Assembly: GCF_006345805.1 (NCBI RefSeq)
Contig: NW_021832375.1
Span: 248,001-312,000, forward strand
DNA from: Octopus sinensis
Lineage: Eukaryota
DNA: 64,000 nt
Direction: 5' to 3'
Shown here: positions 26,730 to 41,178 of the stretch, piece by piece
How positions within the stretch are numbered: position 1 is the first letter of the stretch
How the letters are laid out: each line of letters begins with the position of its first letter
Made by a program: the position numbers and the translations under genes
Notes under the pieces: model-generated
Seen by the model: only the letters and a program-made list of their open reading frames with translations
Databases searched by the model: none
What the model was told of the DNA's origin: nothing

Positions 26730-27014
26730 TTGTGTGTGTATGCGTACAGATTCGCATTCATGTATATACATACAAACACCTGCATATATGGATAGATATT
26801 AACCGATAGATAGAATAATAAATACTAGCGGGATATCTGCTGCTACCCGCACAAAACTTAAATTAGTGGCCAGCTTTTTGAAAATAAATCGTTGTATTTT
26901 TGCTTTCTATTTTTGTAAGCACAACGTTTATATTCGGTTGAAAAACATATTAAAATATTATAGTTAGTAAAACAATTATCAACTCCTTATTTCACGATTT
27001 AGAACACTAATTTT

Positions 27015-27433
27015 GGATCTCTTCGGTTTGAACGGCAGTTTTTCTAGCGGTGTCATATGAAATTGTCACCCATAATTATGACCCTAGAATCGATCTATTG
27101 CATTTCAATCTCTTTTAGGGTTAGGGTTAGGGTTAGGGGTGGGGGAAGGGCATCTTTTTTCTTCAAAAATGTAAATAAACCCAATCTGTTTCTTAAACGA
27201 GGGACATATTCATACGGCACAGAATGCTTTTTAACTCAATAGACGTCAGTGATTGGTTGAAATTGCAGAAATTGAAGAAAAACAACAACAAATATCTTAC
27301 AAACTATAGAATTTTCTCAATAAAACGAAGAGAAAAAGATGTTTTATAAACACATTCTACCAGTATACGAAGTTTAAAATTTTTTAGTTACCTAGAAATT
27401 ATGTAAAAACTGCCGTTCCAACCGAAAAGATCC
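27015..27433 (+). mobile_element. Merlin-like MITE copy 6
   Basis: TIRs; TSD CTAATTTT/CTAATTGT (7/8). Confidence 0.9.
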
Positions 27434-28640
27434 CTAATTGTACAATGGTGCGAATCACTTTCACAAATTTAAGTGTCCCTCGAGTATCATAATAAAGAAC
27501 ATGATGAAGTAATACAACAGGGTGACATAAAAGAGTGACTTAAAGACCGAGTCAAACTTGAAAAAAATATTTGAAATGAACGGCGGCTTCGCTATAAAAT
27601 CAAATTCGTGAAAAATAATGACAAAATTAAAGCGTTATTAAAATGTGTTTTAGTATTAGTTAACAAAAAGTTTGACGTAACATAATAGATTTTTTAACTC
27701 TTCAAGGAAACGGAAAACATTTCACCATTTTCATAATCGGCATTACCTTCATTTTTAGTTGTCTGCGATTCTTAATTTGTAGGATAGTAGGTTGCAGTAA
27801 ACAAAAATGTAAAAAAACATGCCATGTGGTGAACCTTGACCAGGATGTATCAAATTCCAATAGCGAAAATAACTACGGGAAAGATAATGAGAGCATGAAA
27901 AAGTTTAATTCTCGAATATTAAAGAAAACGAAGGATTTAAAGTTATTTCTTTCACTGTTTAATGCAAAAATATACAGGTCCAAATAAAAGAGACCCTGAA
28001 TGAAAATGTACACTGTTTTGTGAATATTTGTTTCTTAACTTTCGACTGAATTGAGAAATATTAGAAAAATATCTCTCTACTGCTACAATTGAGCAAATAG
28101 TCAAAGAGGGAGGAGACAATTGAGCGAAGAAGACAGGGTTACGAATATTTCCCAATTGAATTAAGACATTTAGTGTAGGATCCTAAATATTTTGATGATT
28201 TTTTTATGTGTGATGTAATGCAGAATAGTCGAAATTTTGAAAGGCATTTTTAAGTATTCTTCGTTCTATTTTGAATCTGAAAAAGACAGGCGTTCTGTCG
28301 AAATATTGCTCACTTCAATAGACAGTCAATGTGTTTTATTATATATCGCAGTTCATCATTCAATTTTCTTCTTCTTCTTCTTCTTCTTCTTCTAAGTTCG
28401 GGGTGTTGCACCAAACATCGCTAGATCGTGATTTCAATTCCTAGTCCGGGTAATAATGTGTTGTTTTCTGGAGCAAAATAATTCATCTCGTATCGACCTG
28501 CGATCACTTCAACACCTGACGCGTGGCACACTGCGCATGTTCAGACAACGTCGATTTGATGGAAAGAAGAGCTGATATGCGGCACGAGCATTTGACCACT
28601 ATAAACAAAACATTTGTGTTCATACATCGTCTTGAGCCAA

Positions 28641-28715
<75 letters not shown>

Positions 28716-28737
28716 GTTATTGTTATTATTATTATTA

Positions 28738-29357
<620 letters not shown>

Positions 29358-29383
29358 TATTATTATCATTATTATTATTATTA

Positions 29384-29447
<64 letters not shown>

Positions 29448-29451
<4 letters not shown>

Positions 29452-30914
29452 TAGTTTTATTTTTATAGCGTGCTTTCACTTCACTACCGAGCGCAGCTCT
29501 GTGTGCCTTGGGTATGTGCTGTGATTTGTTGTGATGCTCTGATGGTTATTGTATGGAAAGTGTTCTGCGTAGGATGTGTGCAGTGCCTAGTAGTGCAATT
29601 TTCTGTATGTTATATGTGTTTGTAAGTCCTGGTGTTTTTGTTATGTATTTGTCTGAATATTTTTTTATCATGCCTAATGCACCTACTATGATAGGAATTG
29701 TTTCTGTTTTCAGATTCCACATTCTAGTTACCTCTATTTCCAGGTCTTTGTATTTTGAGAGTTTCTCCATTTCTTTTAGAGACACGTTGTCATCTGCCGG
29801 TATTGATACATCAATTAGAAAGCATTTTTTTTCTTCATGATCTCTGACAACTATATCTGGTCTGTTGGCCTTAATTTCTCTATCTGTGTGTATCGGCATA
29901 TCCCAGAGTATGGTTGCTTTCTCGTTTTCTGTGACCTTTTCTAGTGTGTGCCTATACCATCTTTTTTCTGTTGTTATTCCATAATGTTGGCATAGCTTCC
30001 AATGTATGTAGGTTCCAACTCTGTCATGTCTGTGAATATATTCCTTCTTAGCCAGGACTGGGCAGCTAGAGATAATATGATTTATTGTTTCTTGTCCATC
30101 TCCACATATTCTGCATTTACTTGTAATATTTCTTTTCATTACATGTTTTTGGTAATTTCTGGTGGGGAGGCTTTGGTCTTGTGCTGCAATTAAAAATCCC
30201 TCTGTTTCTGCTTTGAGTCCTGAGCTTCTCAACCATTGCTGGGATTTTTCTTTGTCTATTTCTTTTGCCTTTAGTTTAGTCCAGTATTTACCATGAAGGG
30301 GCTTTTCTTGCCATCGTTTTATCATGTTTCGTTGCTGTTCTATTTTTAGTTTGGATTTCATTTGTTTTATAGCTTTTGTTGTTTCTTCATCTTCTTCTTC
30401 TTCTTCTTCGTGTTTATTAGGTGGTATGATTTCTTGTTTGTCAGCTTCCTTAAATATTGAGAACAGTTTTTTGTTTTGCTCGTGTTTTGCTGCTATCTGG
30501 ATCAGTTTTCCTTCCTTCTGAAGTAGATATTTTTGCAGTCCTATGGTGGTTATTTTATAGTAGTTTTCCAGCTGTATAAGGCCTCTACCACCTTCTAGAC
30601 GTTGTATATATAGTCTTTCTATGTCAGATTTTGGGTGATGCATCCTAGATCCTGTCATTATTTTTCTTGTTTTCCTATCTATTTTGGTCAGTTCATTTCG
30701 TGTCCAGTTAAGGATATTGTAGCTGTAACTTATAACTGGGACAGCTAAAGTGTTGATCTAACTCGTCTATAATATTCTTTTTTTATTTTCTCTTTCATTT
30801 GTGTGTGTTGTGTCTTATCTAGTTCATGGATTCCTAAGTATTTGTAAGTTTGACTTTGGTCTAATTCTTTTATTTCATTGGTTTTATCTAGTGTGATGTT
30901 GTTACTCTTAACTA

Positions 30915-30917
<3 letters not shown>
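29448..30917 (-). mobile_element. R4/Dong-clade non-LTR retrotransposon, 5'-truncated (RT end, CCHC finger, restriction-like endonuclease)
   Basis: ORF 29546-30658: CRICGDGQETINHIISSC, YIHRHDRV, NRPDIV..LIDVSIP, EKLSKYKDL; upstream YKYLGI motif; ends in (TAA)n, the known Dong target. Confidence 0.92.
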
Positions 30918-30982
<65 letters not shown>

Positions 30983-30986
<4 letters not shown>

Positions 30987-31377
30987 TAGGCTTATTTTTA
31001 TCACGTGCTTTCACTGTATTACCGAGCGCAGCTCTATGTTCATTGGATATGTGTTGTGGTTTATTACGGTGTTCTTATCTTCACTGTATTGAAAGTGTTT
31101 TACGTAGGATGTGTGCGGTGCCTAGTGGTGTTATTTTCTGTATGTTATATATACTTGTTAGTCCTGGTGTTTTTGTTATGTATTTGTCTGAATATTTTCT
31201 TTTATTATACCTAATGCACCTACTATGATAGGAATTGTTTTTTTTTTGTTTTTAGACTCCGCATTCGAGTTACCTCTAATTCCAGATAATTGTATTTTGA
31301 AAGTTTCTCCGTTCCTTTTAGAGAAACGTTGTCATCTGTTGCTATCGATACATCGATTAGAAAGCATTTTTTTTTCT
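30983..31377 (-). mobile_element. Second, older R4/Dong 3' fragment
   Basis: Diverged homologue of 29448-29835, with its own (TAA)n tail at 30918-30982. Confidence 0.85.
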
Positions 31378-31482
31378 TTATTATAGCTTTTGAACTAAGT
31401 TAAGATTTTCTTCTTATCCTATAGCCTTGTAATTTCCTTAAAATAACACCACTAGGCACCGCACACATCCTACGTAAAATAC

Positions 31483-31852
31483 AGGCGCAGGAGTGGCTGT
31501 GTGGTAAGTAGCTTGCTAACCAACCACACGGTTGCGGGTTCAGTCCCACTGCGTGGCATCTTGGGCAAGTGTCTTCTGCTATAGCCCCGGGCCGACCAAT
31601 GCCTTGTGAGTGGATTTGGTAGATGGAAACTGAAAGAAGCCTGTCGTATATATGTATATATATGTGTATATGTGTGTGTGTTTGTGTGTCTGTGTTTGTC
31701 TCCCTAGCATTGCTTGACAACCGATGCTGGTGTGTTTAGGTCCCCGTCACTTAGCGGTTCGGCAAAAGAGACCGATAGAATAAGTACTAAAAAGGTGGTG
31801 CTCCAGCATGGCCGCAGTCAAATGACTGAAACAAGTAAAAGAGTAAAAGAGT
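31483..31852 (+). mobile_element. SINE family A (full length)
   Basis: ggcgcaggagtggctgtgtggtaag..agtaaaagagtaaaagagt. Confidence 0.85.
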
Positions 31853-32326
31853 AACCTAAATTTACTAGTGTGACGGAGGTGGGATCGTAGATATCAGGTA
31901 ACAACATTTAGTGAAAACACTGGGAGTAGTAAGGCCATGTAGTTGCTATTGTTAACGTTACACCCAGCAATGTGTGTCATTAACAGGCACACTGTTATCG
32001 CAGCAAGGGTTTGTAATGGATACGCATCGTCAATAGGCAGGTAGTATCACTATGGCAAAAAAGGAGTGCAAGTAAATACAATACAGAGATACTGCTGCTG
32101 CTGTTGTTGCTGATGGTGTTTAGCCCCAAGTCATCTCTTTATCGAATGAAAGGCGTTGAAGTGAGACCATTCCGTCCCCCTTTAATGAGCAGGGTGTGAT
32201 CTGAATGAAATGTGGTTGGTATTTCTAGGTAGTCGAATGACCACATAGATGCCTACCTCAAATTACAATTGCCGTTGTTGTTGCTGTTGCTGTTGCTGTT
32301 CCTGCTGATGTTGCTGTTGCTGTTGA

Positions 32327-32717
32327 GCGAAGCGGTCTTCGTCATAGAGCTCGCAAGATCGCGTCTCAGGATTGTCTATAGTGGGAGAAGTCCGAAACGT
32401 GGTACTTTGCTATTCGTAAGACCCGCAGAAGAGAAAGCAGGTCAACCCCCGACACCGAGAGCATCGACGGATGGATGAATGCGCATCCAGGCTCAGCGGT
32501 TGCGCAGGAAGTCGGGGACAAGAAACAGGAAGAAAGAGTGAGAGAGAAATTTGGAGCGAAAGAGTACAACAGGGGTCGCCACCACCCCCTGCCGGAGCCT
32601 CGTGGAGCTTTAGGTGTTTTCGCTCAATAAACACACACAACGCCCGGTCTGGGAATCGAAACCGCGGTCCTTCGACAGCGAGTCCGCTGCCCTAACCATC
32701 GGGCCATTGCGCCTCCA
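32327..32717 (-). mobile_element. tRNA(Arg)-like-headed SINE (family C head, different tail)
   Basis: Minus: ggaggcgcaatggcccgatggttagggcagcggactcg..ggtttcgattccc; ends in a (CAG/CAA)n tract. Confidence 0.75.
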
Positions 32718-32912
32718 CTTGCCGTTGGTGTTGTCATTGTTGTTTAACCTAAACGCAGTCTGACCATCGTTTGAGAAGAATTGTAAATGGAACTCCAACG
32801 ATGAGGAATTGTAATTGGATCCCTATTGGTTTTGACAATGAGGATTCTGTGGCTCGATCAACAGAATATTCAGCTCGTTAAATAGAGTGTAAGTGAATGA
32901 ATATTCCACTGA

Positions 32913-33031
32913 CAGGAGTGGCTGTGTGGTAAGTAGCTTGTTTACCAACCACATGGTTCTGGGTTCAGTCCCACTGAAAACCAAAACCTTGTGAGTGGAT
33001 TTGGTAGACGGAAACTGAAAGAAGCCCGCCG

Positions 33032-33076
<45 letters not shown>

Positions 33077-33285
33077 TTGTGTGTCTGTGTTTGTCCCCCC
33101 AACATCGCTTGACAACCGATGCTGGTGTGTTTATGTCCCCGTTACTTAGCAGTTCGGCAAAAGGGACCGATAAAATAAGTACTGGGCTTACAAAAGAATA
33201 AGTCCCGGGGTCGAGTTGCTCGATTAAAGGCGGTGCTCCAGCATGGCTGCAGTCAAATGACTGAAACAAATAAGAGATAAAAGAG
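32913..33285 (+). mobile_element. SINE family A (small internal deletion)
   Basis: Homology to the other copies. Confidence 0.8.
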
Positions 33286-33427
33286 AGAGAATGACATGAA
33301 AACTTTTAACGTAATCCTGAAGTAGACTTTGGGTGGTGCCTGTGGCAGGTAAAGCTGTACGATTGGATTACTGGGTTGTCTCTAAAGATTTTCTATAAAA
33401 TTCAGTGTCAGCACTGTAAGTTACACG

Positions 33428-33729
33428 TTTCGTAAACAAATACATCTAAGTAAATAATGCGATCGAAGACAGATAATCGGTATTTCGAGCATTGTCCTCT
33501 CATCGGTACCTCGTCCAGTTACCAGGGATGTGTTTAATATGCTAATTGGTCTATCCAGTGATATTACACTCCTAAAACTAGAAGGTATTTCAACAATGTG
33601 TTCGTGGATAGTGATAGGTTGAATGAGGTGCTGACGAGAGGACAATAATCTTCGAGATATTCATATACACCTATACCTCTTTTTCTATCTTCGATTGCAT
33701 TGTTTACACAGATGTATTTATTTACGAAA
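33428..33729. repeat. Inverted pair of hammerhead-bearing repeats (degenerate)
   Basis: Arms 33428-33512 and 33625-33729. Plus: CTGACGA-GAGGA-caataa-TCTTC-GAGA. Minus: CCGATGA-GAG-gacaatg-CTC-GAAA. Confidence 0.65.
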
Positions 33730-34409
33730 GCCATAACAAACAGTGCTGGCATTGAATTCTATAAAAAAATCTATAGAGATAAACTTAAAATGAAATTAAA
33801 GCACTGTTAATACACAGTTTTGACTTAATAAATCTATACTATAACTAGTTGTGTATTAAGGTAACAAAACGAAATACTGTTGCCTTGTCAGCAATTGAAT
33901 TTGAATTATAAAAATATATTCTCCAGCTACGCCCATTCTCACACTCATACATAAGGCTCGAATCAATCTAAGGCAACAATAGAAAATACTTGACTAAGAT
34001 ATCAAGCAGTGGGGTCGAAACTAGAACCTTCTGATTATGAAGCAATCTTCTGAACCATTAGGCCATGCTGTGTTCACAAATGATGGACAACAATCAATGT
34101 TTCGTTTTCTTTTTCGGTACAGTGTAATGTGTTTCTAGGTGGAGCAAGCGAGAAGATACCCCACTTATTAAGCGAATGACTTTTAAAATTCAAGACAGTC
34201 CATTAAGACTTGATTCAAGCATTTTTTTAAAGGCCAGCTTTTACCTTTTTGATTTTTGATTTTTCCAGTTTCAGCTAATGAGCTGTGGCCATGCTGGGGC
34301 ACCGCCTTATGTACTTTTTAAAAACTTGCTTTAATATAATTATTTTTTCGATTTGTTTTTGGACTTGTTTTAACAATTTGATTTATATTTTTAACTTTTA
34401 GCTTTAACT

Positions 34410-34750
34410 TGTTTCAGGCAATAGACTGCGGCCATGTCGGAGCACCACCTTGAATAGTCCTTTTTCAGTCGAACGAATCGACCGCAGTACTTTTTTGTTA
34501 AGCCTGGTACTTATTCTATCGGGGTTTTGGCCGAATCGCTAAGTTACGGGGACGTAAACACACCAGTGACACACACACACACACATACACCGGGCTTCTT
34601 TCAGTTTCCGTCTCCTAAATCCACTTACAAGGCATTAGTCGGCCAAAGGCTATATAAGACATTTAATCAAGGTGCCACGCAGTGGGTCTGAACCCGGAAC
34701 CATATGGTTGTGAAGCAAGCTTCTTACCACACAACCATCACGCCTGTGCC
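34410..34750 (-). mobile_element. SINE family A (diverged)
   Basis: Homology to the other copies. Confidence 0.75.
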
Positions 34751-35317
34751 TATACACTCTGTTATCCAAAGTTGCTTTTCAGATATTTCAAAAATTCTCT
34801 TCAGGCGTTTATATGTGGTTGATTGACAACGTCGGACAAAAGAATTTGTGGTATAGTGTTACATTACTTTACGTCCAGTGTTCGAACAGCGCAGTGGTAG
34901 ATCTTACTTTTCATTCTTTCAAGGTCGATGAATGTTAATTGCTAAAACAGAAGGGTCAATAAAATCACGTGCTCCCTACCGCCCCGAAAAGAAAAATTTT
35001 TGCGTTGTGCCAGTGTATGAAATCATTATGAGTTTTTTTTTTTCTTTTAAATAATGTTCTTATATTTACTTTTTAAGACTTCTGTATATATACTAGCTTT
35101 TTTAAAGATGCTTTTACGACTGACTTTTAAGGCGTTCAAGACTAGTTTTAACTAGTTCGGAATATTTGTTTTTAAGACTTGTTTTTAAGATTTCTGTTCA
35201 TGATTTCTTTATTAACATTTTTATGATTTCATTTTGTGACATGATTTTATTTACGACATTTTTTTTATGGCGTGTTTTCTTAAGATCTGTCTGTCTGTCT
35301 GTCTGTCTGTCTTTCTT

Positions 35318-35412
<95 letters not shown>

Positions 35413-35437
35413 GTCTGTCTGTCTGTCTGTCCTTCTT

Positions 35438-35485
<48 letters not shown>

Positions 35486-35858
35486 ACAAAGTATGAGGGT
35501 TTAGTTCACAGGTATCTAAACGATTAGGTACGCTAGGTAAGTGCCGTAACAGATTACTAGGGCTCCAAGGTTGTAGGCCGAGACGATAGTTATGGCGCTA
35601 TTGCAGATTTCCGATGCAGCGGATATATAATTGTTAAAGAGGACAACAAACGTTAAGGCAAGGCAAGCATCTCAAGTCATGTATGATATTATTAGTGGAA
35701 AAATTCAGAGTCTAACAGAGTATGGGATATTCCGTCATCAGAGAGACGAATAGGGAAAATGAGGAGCGTATAGATTAATGAAATGACGACATAGAGGACA
35801 GGAGTAAAGAAATAAGGAGATGAAGAGAGAGAAGAAAAAAGAAGCATAAAAGTTCACA

Positions 35859-35944
<86 letters not shown>

Positions 35945-36214
35945 TTAGGAGCAGTGCTTCTCAACCACATGATTTTTGGTTCAATCCCATTGCGTGTTAC
36001 CTTGGGCAAGTGTCTTCTACTGTAGCCTCGGGTCGATCAAAGCCTTAGTGAGTAGATTTCGGTGCTGGTGTTTACGTCCCAATAATTTAGCGGTTCGGCA
36101 AAGAAACCGATAAAATAAGTATCAGGATTTAAAAGAATAAGTACTGGGTTCGATACATTCAACTAAGAAATTGTTAAAGACACTGCCCCAGAAGTAAAAG
36201 ATTATATATATAGG

Positions 36215-36535
36215 AGACTTCCCTTCAGTCATGAGATTGCACGTAGAAAGTTACCCCCCGAAGCACAAGTCTGGACAATGTTATTTTATAGAAGACCAGC
36301 AGTCGCCCATGCATACCGGCCTCCCCTCTCCACACCACTGATGTTATCCAAAGCAAAGGCTGATGCAGCTTGGCACCTGTAACGTCGCAACTCATTTCTA
36401 CAGCTGACTGAACTGGAGCAACGTGAAATAAAGTGTCTTGCTCAAGAACACAACACGCAGCCCGGTCCGGGATTCGAGCTCACAACCGCACGATCGTAAG
36501 CTTGACGCTCAAGCCACTGAGCCATGCGCCTTCAC
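36215..36535 (-). mobile_element. tRNA-derived SINE family D
   Basis: Minus: gaaggcgcatggctcagtgg..gagctcgaatccc..gttcttgagcaagacactt; homologous to 40712-41070. Confidence 0.8.
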
Positions 36536-37290
36536 TATTATATATATATTATATATATAATGTGATTATATGTATAAATGGCAAAATGTCTGTCTGTGTG
36601 TGTGTCCTTTATGCAAATCCACGATTTTTCATTTAGAGGGCTCGCACTTTCTATGGTCATTGAAAACCGTCCAAGGGTGGTCATGCACATCTTTACATTT
36701 CTCCAGTCACCCTGCAAAGCCATTAAAAGATCAATAGAAGTGACTTTTTTGTGAATTTTCTATCCAAAACCCAATCAAAATGCCCGGAACTTGATACGCC
36801 AATTGAATGTCAGCTAGCTGTGATTGGTCGGAGATTTGGACTGTACTCGCGTGTATGTGCGCACGCACGCAGCTGTATATGCATGCACTAGCACTATGAC
36901 CCGGCAAAATGAGCAAATGACCATATGAGCGGCTCTGTTTAAAATTTTAAAGAATATCAGCATCTTCTTGGCCCCCTATAAAGCAACGCAAATTGGTAGC
37001 ATCATTTGGACGTTTGATCGAATACTATTAGTATTCTTTTCGACAGTCTGCGTTGTGAGTTCAACTATCTCACGAAATCGACAAATAATGTATCAGTTTA
37101 TACTGGGGTCGATTCTTCTTTCTTAATCTCTCTGTCTTTCTCTCTCTCTCAGGGAAACTTGCTGTTTTCATACGTTATGAGAGATGGGCTCAGCCAAGTT
37201 TAAGACGCCCAAAGCACACCATATGTCAAAGATGGCGGCCCTACGAATCTATTAAAACTTGATGGTCCAAAGAAAAACAGAAGTTTTGTA

Positions 37291-37728
37291 GGCTCTTTTC
37301 GGTTTGAACGGCAGTTTTTTCTAGCGGTGTCATATGAAATTGTCACCATAATTATGACCCTAGAATCGATCTATTGCATTTCAATCTGTTTTAGGGTTAG
37401 GGTTAGTTAGGGCTAGTTAGGGTTAGGGTTAGGGGTGGGGGAAGGGTATCTTTTTTCTTCAAAAATGTAAATAAACCCAATCTGTTTCTTAAACGAGGGA
37501 CATATTCATAAGGCACAGAATGCTTTTTAATTCAATAGACGTCAGTGATTGGTTGAAATTGCAGAAATTGAAGAAAAAAACAACAAATATCTTACAAACT
37601 ATAGAATTTTCTCAATAAAGCCAAGAGAAAAAGATGTTTTATGAACACATTCTACCAGTATACGAAGTTTAAAATTTTTTAGTTACCTAGAAATTATGTA
37701 AAAACTGCCGTTCAAACTGAAAAGATCC
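37291..37728 (+). mobile_element. Merlin-like MITE copy 7
   Basis: TIRs; TSD GTTTTGTA/GTTTTCTA (7/8). Confidence 0.9.
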
Positions 37729-38059
37729 GTTTTCTATCATAATTCTATCTATATTCAGGTTGTGTTTTAGGAATAGAAATCAACCCAGTACTTGACTTAT
37801 TTGGGTGAAACAAAGTGATGTTCGTCTTCTAATTTATTTACGTTCATATCCAGGATTTATTACAGCAATATAAATAGACTGTTACTTAGTTTTATCAACT
37901 CCACCCCTCGGAAAAAATAAAAGACAAACTTGATCTCATGGAAATTTGAACTCAGAACGTAGAGTGATCAGGTCAGAGACATTATTAAATTCTTGAATAA
38001 GGACAGTTTCTCGTTTATTATTTTCTAGAGAAACAATAGGTTAGAAAATGCAAGAAGGA

Positions 38060-38640
38060 AAGGAGAATATAACTGATTTGAAAGTTGTATGGCCTGATCT
38101 GGCTAATGCTTATTGTTCTATACCATAGAAATGGTTGATGGAAGCAATGAACGATTAATAGGAGATTAATGATCTGATGAGGAGCTGCTATAATGATTTC
38201 ACAATGCGGTTCATCACAGAAAATATTACAACAGACTGGCATCGTGTTGAGACAGGAATTTGAATAGCCGGAGGTTGACAATATGAGCCATTTGGTTTGA
38301 GATGGTTATGAGGATGTTACTTATATCAGCAGAAACGGCTCAAGTGAATTACAACAAGAAGGCATTCATGGATTACTTAATAATACTAAGGAGAGATCAG
38401 AAGGATATGCAAATAATTCTGGTTAGACTGGATTAACTCATTATTTGGGCAAAAATGTGGTTTAAATCGAATAAGTAGTGCTGTCTATCGTTTGTAAATG
38501 ATCAGCAGAAACAAGTAAAGCTACAAATAGCAGGAGAAATCATGCCAAAAGCTTGAAGACAATGGTACGATAGCTTGTTGAGAGACACGTCTTGAGGAAA
38601 TAGGATCAAGGCACAAACTGTGATGGAGTTAAAATGAAAA
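38060..38640 (+). mobile_element. HERO/NeSL-like non-LTR reverse transcriptase remnant
   Basis: LKVVWPDLANAYCSIP, YNDFTMRF..TTDWHRVETGI, KAFMDYL, LIIWAKMWFK, with stops. Confidence 0.75.
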
Positions 38641-38777
38641 CATAATGCAAAATAAATTTGGCGCTTCCAGTTTGATTTTATCTCTGTCTTGCTTATATAT
38701 TCTTGAGAGTCAGTACTATTCCGGATATAATTCCTTTGCAGTAATATGTAAATGTACCTTCATAAATCTATCTATCT

Positions 38778-38882
<105 letters not shown>

Positions 38883-38912
38883 TATCTATCTATCTTTCTA
38901 TCTATCTATCTT

Positions 38913-38977
<65 letters not shown>

Positions 38978-38980
38978 ATA

Positions 38981-39054
<74 letters not shown>

Positions 39055-39313
39055 TTGAGGGAGATAAATTAATATTAATTTTAATATCAATTTAAAACCA
39101 GTAATCCAGCATTCAAAAATCTGAGAAGTCAGAGAAAATTCAAATATATGTGTATATTGGCAGGGCTGGCCTGCTAGGTAGCCGGCCGAATGCTAGAAGA
39201 GGATCATCAACGATCAAACTACAAGGGAAATTCTCTAGAGGAAGAATTCAGCGAACACCAGAACCAGATTTGGCGGGCAGGACATATGAAAATTTAAATA
39301 AAAAACAGACTTA

Positions 39314-39390
39314 AATGCATACCTCGGTTTCGGTCTTTAACAAAAGAATTACTTGCATAATTCAAATGTCCGTGACTTCATCAGTACATT
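39314..39390 (-). ncRNA. Type I hammerhead ribozyme (near intact) inside a ~450-bp (TA)n-flanked element (39055-39510)
   Basis: Minus: AATGTA-CTGATGA-AGTC..GAATTA/TAATTC..GACC-GAAA-CCGAGG-TA-TGCATT; stem III ACC/GGT; GUA site. Confidence 0.8.
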
Positions 39391-40400
39391 CGGTCATCGA
39401 GATGCAAACTGAAAAACTAACCCCAGCTCTCTGTGTCAAGACAGACACGTGCTTAGTTTTACTGATTACATCGGGAATAAAATTTCAAATGTCTTGGTTC
39501 TGGCGCGCTAATATAAATATATATGTATGCATGTATGTATAAACCTATGTATATATATACATACACATCTACATACATATACATATATACATACACACAC
39601 ACATAAATATATGTGTATGTGTGTGTGTGTGATTGTGTGCATGTGTGTATATGTGTGTGTGTTTGTGTGTCTAGTTAATGAGTTTCTATACAAGAATACA
39701 GTGTTTTGGGATACCTGATATCACTTTCTGCTCCACTTGCTTAGGACAAACATTGTTCACCTGAAAATAGCTGCTTATTAAGGAGGATTAATGACATTGA
39801 AATATCTTCAAATGTTTCCAGAATCATATCCTATTCTGATGAATTGTGATGTGGGGATTTAAGATTAAAGATTACCAGCAGCAACCTTTTAAAAAGAGAG
39901 CATGTGTATATTAATCCTACTTGATGTATTGTGACATGCGTTTATGGTTAGATGTTTGGAGTCCAGCTTCATTGACATCAGAATTAGAAGAGGAGAAGAA
40001 TGTTGATTAGAGAAATCTGCAGGTGATAAGACAAGGCCAAATCATTGATAGGGCTCCGATAGATGAAAGCAAAAATTAAACTAAGAGATAATCGGTGTTA
40101 TCGTGGGATAATTAAATAAGATAATTATTAGATTATGGAGATATCTTAATAGAGTGATTCTTAGATTATGTAAGATGTCTTAATAGGGAGATATATTAGA
40201 TTAGTCTATTTAGTTGTGGACCTGAATATTGAGCTATTACATGGTATCACTGTACAAAGTATGAAAATTTTGACCCAAGCCGTACTGGTCACCAGTTGAC
40301 CATCAATGACAGGAATGTCACAGAATAACAAAATTTTGATTATTTATTAAGATAAAGACATTTTTCTGTAAAGTGTAAAATTTAAGAATATCTATTTCAG

Positions 40401-40451
40401 ATTCTTCAATGCTTGTTGACAATGAAGTTGAAACAGAAGTAGAACCAGTTG
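40401..40451 (+). CDS. Putative 51-nt phase 1-1 exon (SSMLVDNEVETEVEPV) upstream of the beta-propeller exon
   Basis: tatttcag acceptor, G/gtgagt donor, open frame; phase matches the acceptor at 44279. Confidence 0.55.
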
Positions 40452-40711
40452 GTGAGTATAAATCAACATTACCTTATTGATTTCTATCAAGTTTGCCATT
40501 ACCTCATCTACTTTATTAAGGATGATACTTGAGAAGTAAATGAGATATGTAAGATGTCTTAATTGAGAGCGGAGATTTAGGAATGCCAATCAATTTTGTG
40601 GAGGGCATAAATAATGGGCCCACTGTTGAAAGTATATAAATATTGACCGAAACCTGCGTGAACTCTTGTAGACCATTGATGGTAGAAATCTCTCACAATA
40701 GCAGAATATAA

Positions 40712-41070
40712 AGGGTAAAGACCCCCTTCGGTCATGAATGACCATGGGATTGCACCTAGAAAGTTACCCTCCTAGACACAAGTCTGGGCAAGGTTGTTTT
40801 TATGGAAGGCCAGCAGTCGCCCATGCATACCAGCCTCCCCTCTCCACGCCACCAGTGTTATCCAGGGGAAAGACAAAGGTCGATACAGCTTGGCACCAGT
40901 GACGTCGCAACTCATTTCTACAGCTGAGTGAACTGGAGCAACGTGAAATAAAGTGCCTTGCTCGAGAACACAACACGCAGCCCGGTCCGGGATTCGAGCT
41001 CACAACCTCACGATCGTAAGCTCACGATCGTAAGCTCGACGCTCTAACCACTGAGCCATGCGCCTTCACA
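40712..41070 (-). mobile_element. tRNA-derived SINE family D
   Basis: As 36215-36535; small tandem duplication tcacgatcgtaagc. Confidence 0.8.
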
Positions 41071-41124
41071 TATAGATTATTGATAATGATAAAAAGGTTT
41101 TAGTGTAAATAATATTTATTTCAG

Positions 41125-41178
41125 AGAATCTAAAGCTTGAAGGGAAATAAGTGCAGACGATGGTAGCAGAGCCAGTTG
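41125..41178 (+). pseudogene. Dead duplicate of the micro-exon
   Basis: tatttcag acceptor; ends ccagttg as 40451 does, but the donor is ataagt and there is an in-frame TAA. Confidence 0.5.

Noticed and set aside
29546-30658. Host protein-coding gene
   Set aside because: It is the C-terminus of an R4/Dong retrotransposon ORF.
36565-36905. Additional Helitron (also possible ends near 26823 and 56740)
   Set aside because: Only one terminus-like motif each; boundaries cannot be supported.
37757-37870. Further upstream exon after tatattcag
   Set aside because: No clear donor and no recognisable peptide.
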